Source: Candidatus Yanofskybacteria bacterium CG10_big_fil_rev_8_21_14_0_10_36_16
GTDB taxonomy: Bacteria; Patescibacteriota; Minisyncoccia; 2-02-FULL-40-12; IGHO2-01-FULL-4-A
NCBI GenBank assembly: GCA_002794035.1
Contig: PCXQ01000003.1
Location: 19,451 to 83,450, forward strand
Direction: 5' to 3'
DNA length: 64,000 bases
In this document: positions 48,905-58,953 of the stretch, in pieces
Layout: each line of letters opens with the position of its first letter
Numbering within the stretch: the stretch's first letter is position 1
Translations under genes and position numbers: made by a program
The notes under the pieces: model-generated
Databases searched by the model: none
Told to the model about the DNA's origin: nothing
Seen by the model: the letters and a program-made list of their open reading frames with translations, nothing else

Positions 48905-49036
48905 GGGATAATGCTTTTTGAGACCGCTACGATTGCTGTCAGCTTGGTTCGCCGCTTTAAGCGGTGATGGCAGTATGAGCAACGGATGAGCCGAGTTCGC
49001 TGGAGACGAGGCGAAGTTCTCAAAAAGCATTATCCC
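48905..49036. repeat. 132-bp element bounded by perfect 19-bp terminal inverted repeats (gggataatgctttttgaga ... tctcaaaaagcattatccc) with GC-rich structured core; MITE-like or structured RNA
   Basis: Inverted repeats read directly; core has hairpins ccgctt-ta-aagcgg etc.; lies 3' of dprA on minus strand. Confidence 0.6.
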
Positions 49037-49053
49037 CGAAACTAACTTAAAAT

Positions 49054-50163
49054 CTACAACAAATATTTATTTCCAACTTTCTTTACCTTCTTTTTTATTT
49101 CCATCAAAACTAATTGCGTGCTTACCTCCTGTGAGCTTAAATCGCTAACTCTTATTATGTTGTCAATTGATACAGGTTCATCTGAATTTGCCAGTACTTC
49201 TAATATTTTTTTCTCCACTTCATTTTCCGCATTTATTTCTGTTTGGGTTTTGGATTTTGAATTTTGGATTTTGTCTGGATATTCTTCTAGTACATCGCTT
49301 GCCTCCAGTATCGGTTTTGCCCCTCTTTTAATTAGCAGATTTGTTCCTCGGGATGTTCTATTTAAAATATTACCCGGCACTGCAAAAACATCTCGATTTT
49401 GATCTACGGCATATTTGGCAGTAATTAATGCTCCGCTTTTAATATCTGCTTCAATAACCAGTGTTCCTTTTGATAGTCCAGATATGATCCTGTTTCTTTG
49501 CGGGAATGAAAATGGTGTGCCATGAGTTCCGGGAGCGTATTCTGAAATTATAGCACCACCTTCCTTGATTATCCTGTGGGCAAGTGAAATATTTTGAGCT
49601 GGATAAATTATTTCGTCATCAATGCCAGTTCCTAAAACAGCGATTGTTGGTGTTTTAAATTCGAGTGCTGTCTTGTGTGCAATGGTATCAATGCCTAAAG
49701 CTAGTCCACTTACTATTGTGACATTGGCTTGGCATATTTCAGGCAGTATTTTTAATATTGCCATTTCGCCATATTCCGTTAATCGTCTTGTACCAACAAC
49801 GCCTAATGAAAAATTATTAAGAATCTCCTTATTGCCCCTTACATATAATAAGAAAGGAGGAACGGGTATTTCTTTAAGAAGTTCAGGATAGTCTTTATCG
49901 TAAGCGGGGATTATCTGTATTTTTTGATTTTCTATTTTTAACCACTCCATATCGGGGTTTATTTTTTTGATGTTCTTGGGTAAAAATTTTGAAAGATTTG
50001 ATTCCCATGCTTTTTTCCAGTTGCTATTAAATTTTTCATTTAGAATTTCAAGTACGCCAGTTTTGCCGGCGATTAATTTATTGATTGCGTTCAGATATTT
50101 TAGTTGTGATTTGTCTTGTGCCATATGCGGCATGATAAACATTAAAAGAAGTTTTTGCAACAA
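49054..50163 (-). CDS. dprA: DNA processing protein DprA (Smf)
   Basis: Rossmann-like DprA domain VGTRRLTEYGEMAILKILPEICQANVTIVSGLALGIDTIAHKTAL; C-terminal winged-helix; 369 aa. Confidence 0.85.
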   Translation of the reverse strand: MLQKLLLMFIMPHMAQDKSQLKYLNAINKLIAGKTGVLEILNEKFNSNWKKAWESNLSKFLPKNIKKINPDMEWLKIENQKIQIIPAYDKDYPELLKEIPVPPFLLYVRGNKEILNNFSLGVVGTRRLTEYGEMAILKILPEICQANVTIVSGLALGIDTIAHKTALEFKTPTIAVLGTGIDDEIIYPAQNISLAHRIIKEGGAIISEYAPGTHGTPFSFPQRNRIISGLSKGTLVIEADIKSGALITAKYAVDQNRDVFAVPGNILNRTSRGTNLLIKRGAKPILEASDVLEEYPDKIQNSKSKTQTEINAENEVEKKILEVLANSDEPVSIDNIIRVSDLSSQEVSTQLVLMEIKKKVKKVGNKYLL

Positions 50164-50225
50164 GGCTTAGTATATTGACATTTTAATATTTAATGTGTTA
50201 TTCTCTAAAATGGTGGCGTGATTAG

Positions 50226-50912
50226 TTGCAACAGGAGGCAAAAGCCATGCATGAAATGATTTCTTTTCTCGTAGATAGAGAAGCAAATATATATGCACAA
50301 AATGGTGTTTGTAAATCTTGGGAAATAGCTAAAATATTCGGTATAAATCAAAGAGAATGTTTAGTTGGCCAATTCGATTTGGTTAATCGAGTATTGTATT
50401 TTACAGATAGCAGCTTTAGGGTAATGAGTAATCACGCAAGTGCGGCTAAGGAGTTCTTTACAAAATGTGCAGGAACCCCTGAATCATTGATTGCATTTGT
50501 TGAAAGAGGCAATTGGGATGGCAATGTTTTGCCTTTGCTTTTAAATATTGAAGCTCGTAGATTGTTTTTTTTAGAAATGGAGCCTACTCGTAAACTGCAA
50601 TTGGAAGCTATTGAGTTGGCTCGCAATGTGCACGAGGAAGCTATTGTAAATGCAGATATGGGCCATCAAGAAGCTGTGGATTTGGCCAGAAAAAAATATA
50701 CTAGAGACCAGCATTATTTAGAGGCAGATACTGTATATGATAGATCTGTAATATCTGCCAAGAAATCACGTCGAGAATCTGAGTTGTTGGAACATAATTC
50801 TTATGATGAGGCTGTTGAGTCTGCTCGTAAGGCATACAATGAAACTGCAATTAAAATCTGGACGCAGTTTTTTAGGGATGTGGATAATAGAATTAAAATT
50901 TGGTGTAGTTAA
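50226..50912 (+). CDS. hypothetical protein (228 aa)
   Basis: ORF with terminator; no recognised motif. Confidence 0.5.
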   Translation: MQQEAKAMHEMISFLVDREANIYAQNGVCKSWEIAKIFGINQRECLVGQFDLVNRVLYFTDSSFRVMSNHASAAKEFFTKCAGTPESLIAFVERGNWDGNVLPLLLNIEARRLFFLEMEPTRKLQLEAIELARNVHEEAIVNADMGHQEAVDLARKKYTRDQHYLEADTVYDRSVISAKKSRRESELLEHNSYDEAVESARKAYNETAIKIWTQFFRDVDNRIKIWCS

Positions 50913-50930
50913 TTAAAGCATCACCAAGAT

Positions 50931-50961
50931 AAGTCCCGCTAAATCGGGACTTTTATTTTTT
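50931..50961 (+). terminator. intrinsic terminator (aagtcccg-ctaaat-cgggactt + T-run)
   Basis: stem + ttttatttttt. Confidence 0.75.
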
Positions 50962-50963
50962 AT

Positions 50964-50993
50964 TTGACAATTTATTTAGATGTATGCTATATA
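50964..50993 (+). promoter_or_regulatory. sigma70-like promoter TTGACA-18-TATATA for rpsP operon
   Basis: TTGACA at 50964-50969, TATATA at 50988-50993; ~150-nt structured leader follows. Confidence 0.5.
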
Positions 50994-51149
50994 ACATCTT
51001 ACATGAAATTAGTGATGCTGGCTTTTACCAATCCGTTGTAGCTGAAAGCTCGGTTTTAGCCCTCCTAGAAACTGAGCGAGTATGATGCAACGGGCTGGTA
51101 GAAGCTATTGGCTAAATTTTAATTTTATGTTAGTATTCAATAACAAATT

Positions 51150-51656
51150 ATGTTAAAAATTAGATTACAAAGAGTTGGCAAAAAGGGTCAGGCAATGTAC
51201 CGCTTAGTAGTTGCTGAACACACTAAAAACCCAAAGGGTGCATACCTGGAGCTTTTGGGTTCTTATAATCCTCATTCAAAGGATCTGCAAGCTAACGGTG
51301 AGAGAATAAAACATTGGGTTAGCAATGGCGCTCAAATGTCAGATACAGTAAACAACCTTCTTATATCAAAAAAAGTGATTGAAGGAATCAAGGTCCAATT
51401 AAAATTAAAAACAAAAAAGAAACAAACTGAACAAAAACAGGAAAATACTCCTGTGAAAGTCGCAACAGCAGAAGCTAAGGAAGAGCCAGTATCAGCTGAA
51501 AATAAACAAGCAAAAGATGAAAGTAAGGAAGATGCAAAAGAAGAATCTAAAAAATCTGAAGATAGAAAAGAAGAGGTTAAGAATGACGAACCCAAAAAAG
51601 AAGAAACCAAGGATAATTCAAAAAATGACACAGAAGAGGATAAAGTTGAGAAATAG
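51150..51656 (+). CDS. rpsP: 30S ribosomal protein S16 with long Lys/Glu-rich C-terminal extension
   Basis: MLKIRLQRVGKKGQAMYRLVVAEHTKNPKGAYLELLGSYNP; 168 aa vs ~85 typical. Confidence 0.9.
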   Translation: MLKIRLQRVGKKGQAMYRLVVAEHTKNPKGAYLELLGSYNPHSKDLQANGERIKHWVSNGAQMSDTVNNLLISKKVIEGIKVQLKLKTKKKQTEQKQENTPVKVATAEAKEEPVSAENKQAKDESKEDAKEESKKSEDRKEEVKNDEPKKEETKDNSKNDTEEDKVEK

Positions 51657-51661
51657 AATTG

Positions 51662-51773
51662 TTGACCCCGCCCTTGAGAATCTTTAAAGTTTAGCGACAA
51701 TATCTGATGTTTATATTTAGTATAAACAATTCTCAAGAGCGTGATTGACTTTATAACCTATTTTTGTTATAAT
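51662..51773 (+). repeat. hairpin + consensus promoter module, copy 1 (TTGACCCCGCCCTTGAGAAT...ATTCTCAAGAGCG...TTGACT-17-TATAAT)
   Basis: TTGACT 51745-51750, 17-nt spacer, TATAAT 51768-51773; 5' and 3' arms homologous to copy at 55742-55843. Confidence 0.65.
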
Positions 51774-51886
51774 TAAAACATCCTCGGTTATGTCGAAACC
51801 GGTTTGATAATATATAAGTAAGTCAGGGATATAGCATTGATATTTTAACAATAAATTCTGTGTTATTTCTCTGGGTATAAAAACAA

Positions 51887-52216
51887 ATGGCTGCAAAACA
51901 ACCAGACCAAGAGTTTGTAGAATATATAGTAAAGAGTCTTGTTAACAACCCCGATGACGTAGTTGTAGACAGGACAGTAGACCAGATGGGCGTCCTTGTT
52001 ACTGTTAAGGTTAACCCTCAGGATATGGGACTGCTTATCGGAAGGTCAGGTTCAACCGCCAAGGCTATAAGAACCCTTGCAAGAATTATTGGTTTAAGAA
52101 ACAACGCAAGAGTTAATTTGAGAATTGTTGAGCCCGAGGGAAGTACTCACGCTGCCGCTAGGGGAGCTTCTGAACCAAAAGGAGTTGACGAAGTAGTTGG
52201 TGAGCTTGGTATTTAA
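51887..52216 (+). CDS. KH-domain RNA-binding protein (YlqC/UPF0109 family)
   Basis: VVVDRTVDQMGVLVTVKVNPQDMGLLIGRSGSTAKAIRTLARIIG KH fold with GxxG; between rpsP and trmD as in many bacteria. Confidence 0.8.
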   Translation: MAAKQPDQEFVEYIVKSLVNNPDDVVVDRTVDQMGVLVTVKVNPQDMGLLIGRSGSTAKAIRTLARIIGLRNNARVNLRIVEPEGSTHAAARGASEPKGVDEVVGELGI

Positions 52217-52232
52217 TTATTAAAATTATTTC

Positions 52233-52270
52233 AAAAAATCAAAACCCCGCAAGGCGGGGTTTTGATTTTG
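52233..52270 (+). terminator. intrinsic terminator (aaaaccccgc-aag-gcggggtttt)
   Basis: 10-bp stem + T-run. Confidence 0.8.
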
Positions 52271-52294
52271 TAAAATTTTTGCTATTATATTTAG

Positions 52295-52476
52295 GCTTTG
52301 CAAAGCATGGGGCACGCGGTTCGGTGTCGTCAGACATCTGCTCATGGAGTAGCCGCGTGCTCCACCAATATTTTATGAAATTTGATATTGTAATCCCGAT
52401 ATTTGTTGTCGCTTGTGGCGACTTACAAAATCGAGGACCCTCGATCTCGTCAAGGCGAGCATCGGGGCAATTTTTT
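52295..52476 (+). promoter_or_regulatory. GC-rich multi-hairpin structured leader ending in U-run 6 nt before trmD start (possible attenuator/riboswitch-like element or sRNA)
   Basis: 11-bp helix ggggcacgcgg/ccgcgtgctcc (52309-52363); second domain closed by cccgat/atcgggg enclosing three hairpins; caattttttc then ATG. Confidence 0.3.
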
Positions 52477-52481
52477 CAAAA

Positions 52482-53168
52482 ATGAAATTTGAAATAATAA
52501 CTATATTTCCTAATTTATTTGAAAGTTTCGAAAAAGAAGCTTTGATTTCGCGTGCTCAACTTAAAAAAATTATATCAATCAAAGCTCATGATTTAAGAAA
52601 GTGGTCAAAAGACAAACATAGGACTGTTGATGAAAAACCCTATGGAGGCGGAGCTGGAATGGTATTAATGGCTGATCCTATCTCTAGAGCTGTAAAATCA
52701 ATAAAGTCTAAGTCAATAAAAGGAAGGGTTATACTTTTTTCTGCAAAAGGAAAAACTTTTAACCAGCAAACAGCTAGAAGATTATCTAAGTATGATCAAT
52801 TAATAATGATTTGCGGAAGATATGAAGGGGTAGATGAACGAGTTGCAAAATATATTGCAGACGAAGAGATTTCAATCGGAGACTATGTTCTTTTTGGCGG
52901 AGAAGTGCCCGCAATGGTTGTTATGGAAGCGGTAACGAGGTTATTGCCGGGAGCAGTAGGTAAACAAAAATCAATTGAAGATGAATCATTTAAAAAACTT
53001 AAGGGAGTAGAAAAAGACATGGCGACTAATTTTTTGGAGTACCCCCACTATACCCGTCCGGAAATAATAGAAATTAACGGCAAGAAAAGGCGAGTGCCAA
53101 AAGTGTTAATATCCGGAGATCATAAAAAGATTGAAGAATGGCGTCAAAAAAAATCAAAATCTAATTAA
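52482..53168 (+). CDS. trmD: tRNA (guanine37-N1)-methyltransferase
   Basis: MKFEIITIFPNLF N-terminus, SPOUT-fold motifs (DEKPYGGGAGMVLM, CGRYEGVDERV); ORF open from 52413 but TrmD start at 52482. Confidence 0.9.
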   Translation: MKFEIITIFPNLFESFEKEALISRAQLKKIISIKAHDLRKWSKDKHRTVDEKPYGGGAGMVLMADPISRAVKSIKSKSIKGRVILFSAKGKTFNQQTARRLSKYDQLIMICGRYEGVDERVAKYIADEEISIGDYVLFGGEVPAMVVMEAVTRLLPGAVGKQKSIEDESFKKLKGVEKDMATNFLEYPHYTRPEIIEINGKKRRVPKVLISGDHKKIEEWRQKKSKSN

Positions 53169-53196
53169 TAAAAAATACCGTATAAAGGCGGTATTT

Positions 53197-54123
53197 TTAG
53201 TAAGGGAATAAATTGAATAAATTGTTGAAAAAATCTATGGACCCAATTTCTCCTACAATTGGCGATATGGCTGAAAGGGAGTTTTTAAGGATAAAAATGT
53301 ATGCACTAATAGTTGCAATACAAGTAAGAGAATATTTATAAAGAGAGATTCTTTTCATTGGTTCAGGGGATAGGATTAATTCATAGGTTTTTATTTCTTG
53401 TTCCCATCTAGATATTTTTTTTTGTCTAAGTTTTGTTTCTTCGTTTTTCCAATTTTGGTTTTCATTTGAGCTTTGTACTTCTTTAATAAAATCCTGTGTT
53501 TTTTCAACAAGCTTCCTTTTTGTGTTAATTTCATTTAATACGCGCTTATTTTTGGTTTTTTCTTCAGATAAAAATATAAAATCTATAAAAACAGCTATGG
53601 GCCAGCTTATTGTAAGAAATATGAATATTATGCCAATCCAGCTTATTGCTGAGTATGCTTCATAAAAGCGTGGGTTGATAGATAACAAAACAGATTTTAA
53701 GCACCTGCCTCCATCCATGGGGCCAATCGGTAGTAAGTTAAACAAATTTACAAAACATACATACATTACACCAGCAAGCCACATATAATTTCCACTTATA
53801 ATAAAAATTAAATAAAATACGATTGCTGGGATCATTCCGAATATTGGACCAGCAATTCCTATTCTGGCTTCTGCGCCACGACTTGGCCATGGTTCATGAG
53901 ATACGGCCATAGCTCCAAGCGGAGGTATCATTACCATGTCGCGTTTTTTTATTCCTTCGCGACCCATTTGCCAATAATGGCCATATTCATGGATTAGTAA
54001 GGAAAATATTAGAATAGCTGAAAGAAATAATTTTTCTAGCAAAAATGTAAATATAAATAAGCTTAATATTATGCTTAGGATTAATTTTTTAGATAACCAT
54101 ATGTTTGGCTGTGATTCTTCCAT
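53197..54123 (-). CDS. peptidase M50 (site-2 protease family) membrane metalloprotease with C-terminal coiled-coil
   Basis: HEYGH zinc motif and FNLLPIGPMDGG second motif in polytopic N-terminal half. Confidence 0.75.
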   Translation of the reverse strand: MEESQPNIWLSKKLILSIILSLFIFTFLLEKLFLSAILIFSLLIHEYGHYWQMGREGIKKRDMVMIPPLGAMAVSHEPWPSRGAEARIGIAGPIFGMIPAIVFYLIFIISGNYMWLAGVMYVCFVNLFNLLPIGPMDGGRCLKSVLLSINPRFYEAYSAISWIGIIFIFLTISWPIAVFIDFIFLSEEKTKNKRVLNEINTKRKLVEKTQDFIKEVQSSNENQNWKNEETKLRQKKISRWEQEIKTYELILSPEPMKRISLYKYSLTCIATISAYIFILKNSLSAISPIVGEIGSIDFFNNLFNLFPY

Positions 54124-54246
54124 TGCTAGCTCTCCTTTTCAGTATGGATTTTTAAGTTGCTTGATGTTATAATATGTTAAATATTCGAATTTGTCAATTT
54201 TTTAATTTAATTTGTGTAATATTATTTTGTGTAGTAATATAATTAT

Positions 54247-54534
54247 ATGAACGATTATGATTTCGTAAAATTTGTTCAAGAATCCCAACTCTCCGATGAA
54301 GACAAAGATCTCTGGGAGCTTGTTTTTGCTACTTCAGATGAGGATGAAATCGAAGATTTTAAAATTTTTATTGAAGACATATCTTCAGATGATGATGAGG
54401 ACGAAGGCAGGTTTGAAAACTTAAAGGTTTTAACAGAAAACCTCAAGATGAAAATAAAAGCTATTGAAACACATGACAAGGATTTGGCAGACAGTATTAT
54501 TAAAAGCGAAAAAGATATTTTAGATAAAATTTAA
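54247..54534 (+). CDS. hypothetical small acidic protein
   Basis: 95-aa ORF, D/E-rich. Confidence 0.45.
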   Translation: MNDYDFVKFVQESQLSDEDKDLWELVFATSDEDEIEDFKIFIEDISSDDDEDEGRFENLKVLTENLKMKIKAIETHDKDLADSIIKSEKDILDKI

Positions 54535-54544
54535 CTTAAATAAA

Positions 54545-55738
54545 ATGAGTTTTGAATTACCCACAATTGAAAAAGAACAGGAATTAAACGAAACTTCTGA
54601 GGGAGGTCAGGAAAAACCTTTAGATTTGAGTGAAGAAGAAAAAAGAGAAATAGAAGCAGATGTGGCTAGGATGCTTAAAGAATTAGAAGCTGAGAAAGAA
54701 CAAGCTTTTAAAAAAATAGATGATGAATTTGGAGATAACAGCGCATTTTTAGACAAGCTTGAATCAGCTAAGACTGAGGAAGATTTAGATAAGGTTGCAA
54801 AAGAAGAAGGAGTATCAGAGGAAAGTGAATTAGATAAAGAACAAGAATTGCCAAAAGGCATGGTTGAACAAGAATTTAAAATGGAAGATGAATCAGTAGA
54901 AAAAGAGCCAAGCGAAGATGGTAAACAAAGAAAGGGTAAGGCCGCTAGGGCATTAAGAAAACTTACTGCAACAGCCATTATGGCAGCAGGATTGATGAAT
55001 GTTGGTGCACCAAAGGCTGAAGCTGGTTGGAAAGATGTTTTCAAAACTACAGGAAGGGTTATTCAAGAATCAAACAGAATGGAAGAAAACAGTCAGCGAA
55101 CGGAAGGTTCTATATACAGTAGACGTGCCAGCGGAATACAAAGAGATACTATGGAAAGAGACAGGATAGCAAGAAGTGCTTATAATGCAGGTAGGTACGC
55201 GATAAGGGCAGAAAGGGAGAGGCTGAGTCACATGAAAGAAGCCGCCGATATGTTATACAGCAATGAGGTTAGAAAAATATTAATAACAAACGGAATAATG
55301 CCAGATTCAAGAATAATGACTAGACCAGTGTCTCCCAATAGATGGGAAGATGAAATAAACAAAATTTTAAATGAAGAATTAAAGAGAATTGATAATTTTA
55401 AAATTTCTGAAGATATAAAACAATCAGAAAAAAGTACTGTAATGGCTCGTTTTGGTAAAATAAAAGGTGAAATTGAATCCAGTGATTTTAGAAAAATTTA
55501 TTTTGAAGGAATGCTTGGAATTAATAATGAAGAAGCAAATTTGGTTGTGGACGAAGGAATGCTAGAAAATGAATATAATTTAACCAGAGGTGCAATACAG
55601 GGAGGTAGGATAGAGGCGTCTGAAGAAAGGCGAAGAGCAGAGGAAGCTCGAACTAGAGCTGATATATTAAAAGAAAGAAGACAAATTGTGGAAAGAACTG
55701 CAGACTCTTTCAGGAGGATTTTTGGTGGGAAGAAATAG
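54545..55738 (+). CDS. hypothetical protein: acidic N-terminal region, single TM, C-terminal Arg/Glu-rich domain
   Basis: 397-aa ORF, TM LTATAIMAAGLMNVGAP. Confidence 0.5.
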   Translation: MSFELPTIEKEQELNETSEGGQEKPLDLSEEEKREIEADVARMLKELEAEKEQAFKKIDDEFGDNSAFLDKLESAKTEEDLDKVAKEEGVSEESELDKEQELPKGMVEQEFKMEDESVEKEPSEDGKQRKGKAARALRKLTATAIMAAGLMNVGAPKAEAGWKDVFKTTGRVIQESNRMEENSQRTEGSIYSRRASGIQRDTMERDRIARSAYNAGRYAIRAERERLSHMKEAADMLYSNEVRKILITNGIMPDSRIMTRPVSPNRWEDEINKILNEELKRIDNFKISEDIKQSEKSTVMARFGKIKGEIESSDFRKIYFEGMLGINNEEANLVVDEGMLENEYNLTRGAIQGGRIEASEERRRAEEARTRADILKERRQIVERTADSFRRIFGGKK

Positions 55739-55741
55739 TGT

Positions 55742-55843
55742 TTGACCCCGCTCTTGAAATTATTATATTTTATAATAATGAAACAAAACGAATGAATAAA
55801 TTTCAAAGGCGGGGTTGACTTGTTTTTGCTGTTTTGCTAATAT
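55742..55843 (+). repeat. hairpin + consensus promoter module, copy 2 (TTGACCCCGCTCTTGAAATT...AAATTTCAAAGGCGGGGTTGACT-17-TAATAT); likely 16S rRNA promoter
   Basis: ~16-bp interrupted stem; TTGACT 55815-55820, 17-nt spacer, TAATAT 55838-55843. Confidence 0.65.
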
Positions 55844-55847
55844 TTTA

Positions 55848-56440
55848 AAGACATGTAGTGTAGAAATAATCAAAAAAGTATAGGTTTTGGAGTGCTCGGG
55901 GTTGATCCTTTTTCGGGTCAGTCCCGAGTATTTAAAGGGAGCGCAGAACCTAAACTCTCATCGCTTGAGAAGTCCAAAAATGAAATGATTTCGAGGCGCG
56001 ACGACGAAAGTGTAGAATTCTACTCTGAGGAGGAGCAACAAAGAAATCATTCATTTTTGGACTTCCCTATGGGCGGGCTGATTTTAACCTTATTCTTTGT
56101 TGTTCGTCATTCATGTATCATCAAGTACACATCATTCCTCACGCCTCGAATAAGATTAAAATCAGCTCCGCTCAAATGATTATAGTTTGGGTTCTGTGCT
56201 CCTAAATTGGAGCCAATGATAGAACTTTCAAAATTGAATCCTCACAGCTCACATTTGAGTGTGAGGAAAACAGTGTAATGTATCCAAACGGTATAACCGT
56301 ATTTGTTATAAATACGTGATTTTTTACCGTTAATCAGAAAATAAAAATAGTAGTACAAACAATAAGCTTTTAGCTTTAGTTTGTGTTCTGTCTATTTATG
56401 GTTATTAGTTTTAAACTTTTTGTTTATAACTCATAACTTT
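55848..56440 (+). other. ~600-nt structured 16S rRNA leader
   Basis: 13-bp long-range helix 55937-55950/56189-56202, 22/23-bp inverted repeat 55970-55992/56043-56064, hairpin cctcaca..tgtgagg 56240-56266; ORF 55892-56179 likely spurious. Confidence 0.5.
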
Positions 56441-58030
<1,590 letters not shown>

Positions 58031-58223
58031 TAAAATTGCTTTAGCAATTTCAGAATAGAGTGTCGTTGTAGGTTATACTCTGTTTGTTTGTCGATAGACG
58101 GCACGGAGTATGATCTATGGTTGGCTGATGCAACTTATTTCATCAGCGCAGTTCATGGCGAAATATTGGACAATCTGGTTAACGGTAAAAAGTTACGTAG
58201 CTCTTAATTTTTTTGATTCAAGA

Positions 58224-58276
58224 CAAAACCCCGCCTTGTCTGCCTGTCGGCAGTCTGGCGGGGTTTTGTGATTTTT
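58224..58276 (+). terminator. strong intrinsic terminator ~200 nt after 16S (aaaccccgcc..nested hairpin..ggcggggtttt + T-run)
   Basis: 10-bp GC stem enclosing ctgcc-tgtc-ggcag; followed by gtgattttt. Confidence 0.8.
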
Positions 58277-58324
58277 GGTATGCTTGTCCCTTGCTTTATA
58301 ATATAAGGTGAGAGGTTCAAAAAT

Positions 58325-58831
58325 ATGTCGAAGCAAAACATCTATTTAATTTTAAACAGCATAAGAAGCGCATATAATGTGGGCTCTATTTTTAGGACTG
58401 CTGATGGTGCAGGAGTAGATAAAATTTTTTTGTGTGGAATTACTCCAACACCGGATGTGGATATTTTTGGTAAGGGTGCGAGTTCTCAAATTGCAAAAAC
58501 AGCATTAGGGGCTGAAAAAATTTTAGAATGGCATTATGAAAAGCAAAGTTGGCGTTTGTTGAAAAAATTAAAAGAAGAAGGATTTAGAATTGTTGCTCTT
58601 GAACAAACACCGCAAAGTAAAAATTTATTTTCTGCCGAAGGCAGATCCGTCTTCGGCAGAAAAAACTCCATAGTGCTTGTGGTTGGTAACGAAGTTAATG
58701 GTTTAAGCTCTAAAATTTTAGAGTATGTTGATGATATAATAGAAATACCGATGCATGGCAGTAAGGAATCTTTGAATGTTAGTGTTGCTACAGGCATAGC
58801 TTTGTATAAGTTGAGAGAATTTTTAAAATAG
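58325..58831 (+). CDS. SpoU-family (TrmH/TrmL-like) RNA 2'-O-methyltransferase
   Basis: SPOUT motifs NVGSIFRTADGAGV, LVVGNEVNGL, IPMHG..SLNVSVATGIALY; 168 aa. Confidence 0.8.
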   Translation: MSKQNIYLILNSIRSAYNVGSIFRTADGAGVDKIFLCGITPTPDVDIFGKGASSQIAKTALGAEKILEWHYEKQSWRLLKKLKEEGFRIVALEQTPQSKNLFSAEGRSVFGRKNSIVLVVGNEVNGLSSKILEYVDDIIEIPMHGSKESLNVSVATGIALYKLREFLK

Positions 58832-58953
58832 GCCAATTTTTAATTTCTAATTTTGCAATTTTTAGATAATTTTTAATTTTCAAACTATTATTTTGCTGTT
58901 ATTATTTTAAAAATTAATTTATTTAAAATTTAATGAAAATTATAAATTAAAAA

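Noticed and set aside
48905-49036. Hammerhead ribozyme core in the inverted-repeat element (ctggagacgaggcgaag)
   Set aside because: CUGGAGA deviates from the CUGANGA core, and helix positions do not fit.
52279-52485. 68-aa ORF upstream of trmD
   Set aside because: It coincides with a GC-rich multi-hairpin region and has no SD. More likely an RNA structure than a protein.
58629-58660. 11-bp perfect palindrome (ttctgccgaag...cttcggcagaa) inside the SpoU methyltransferase CDS
   Set aside because: It encodes an in-frame, plausible peptide (FSAEGRSVFGRKN). A single occurrence is most likely coincidental.
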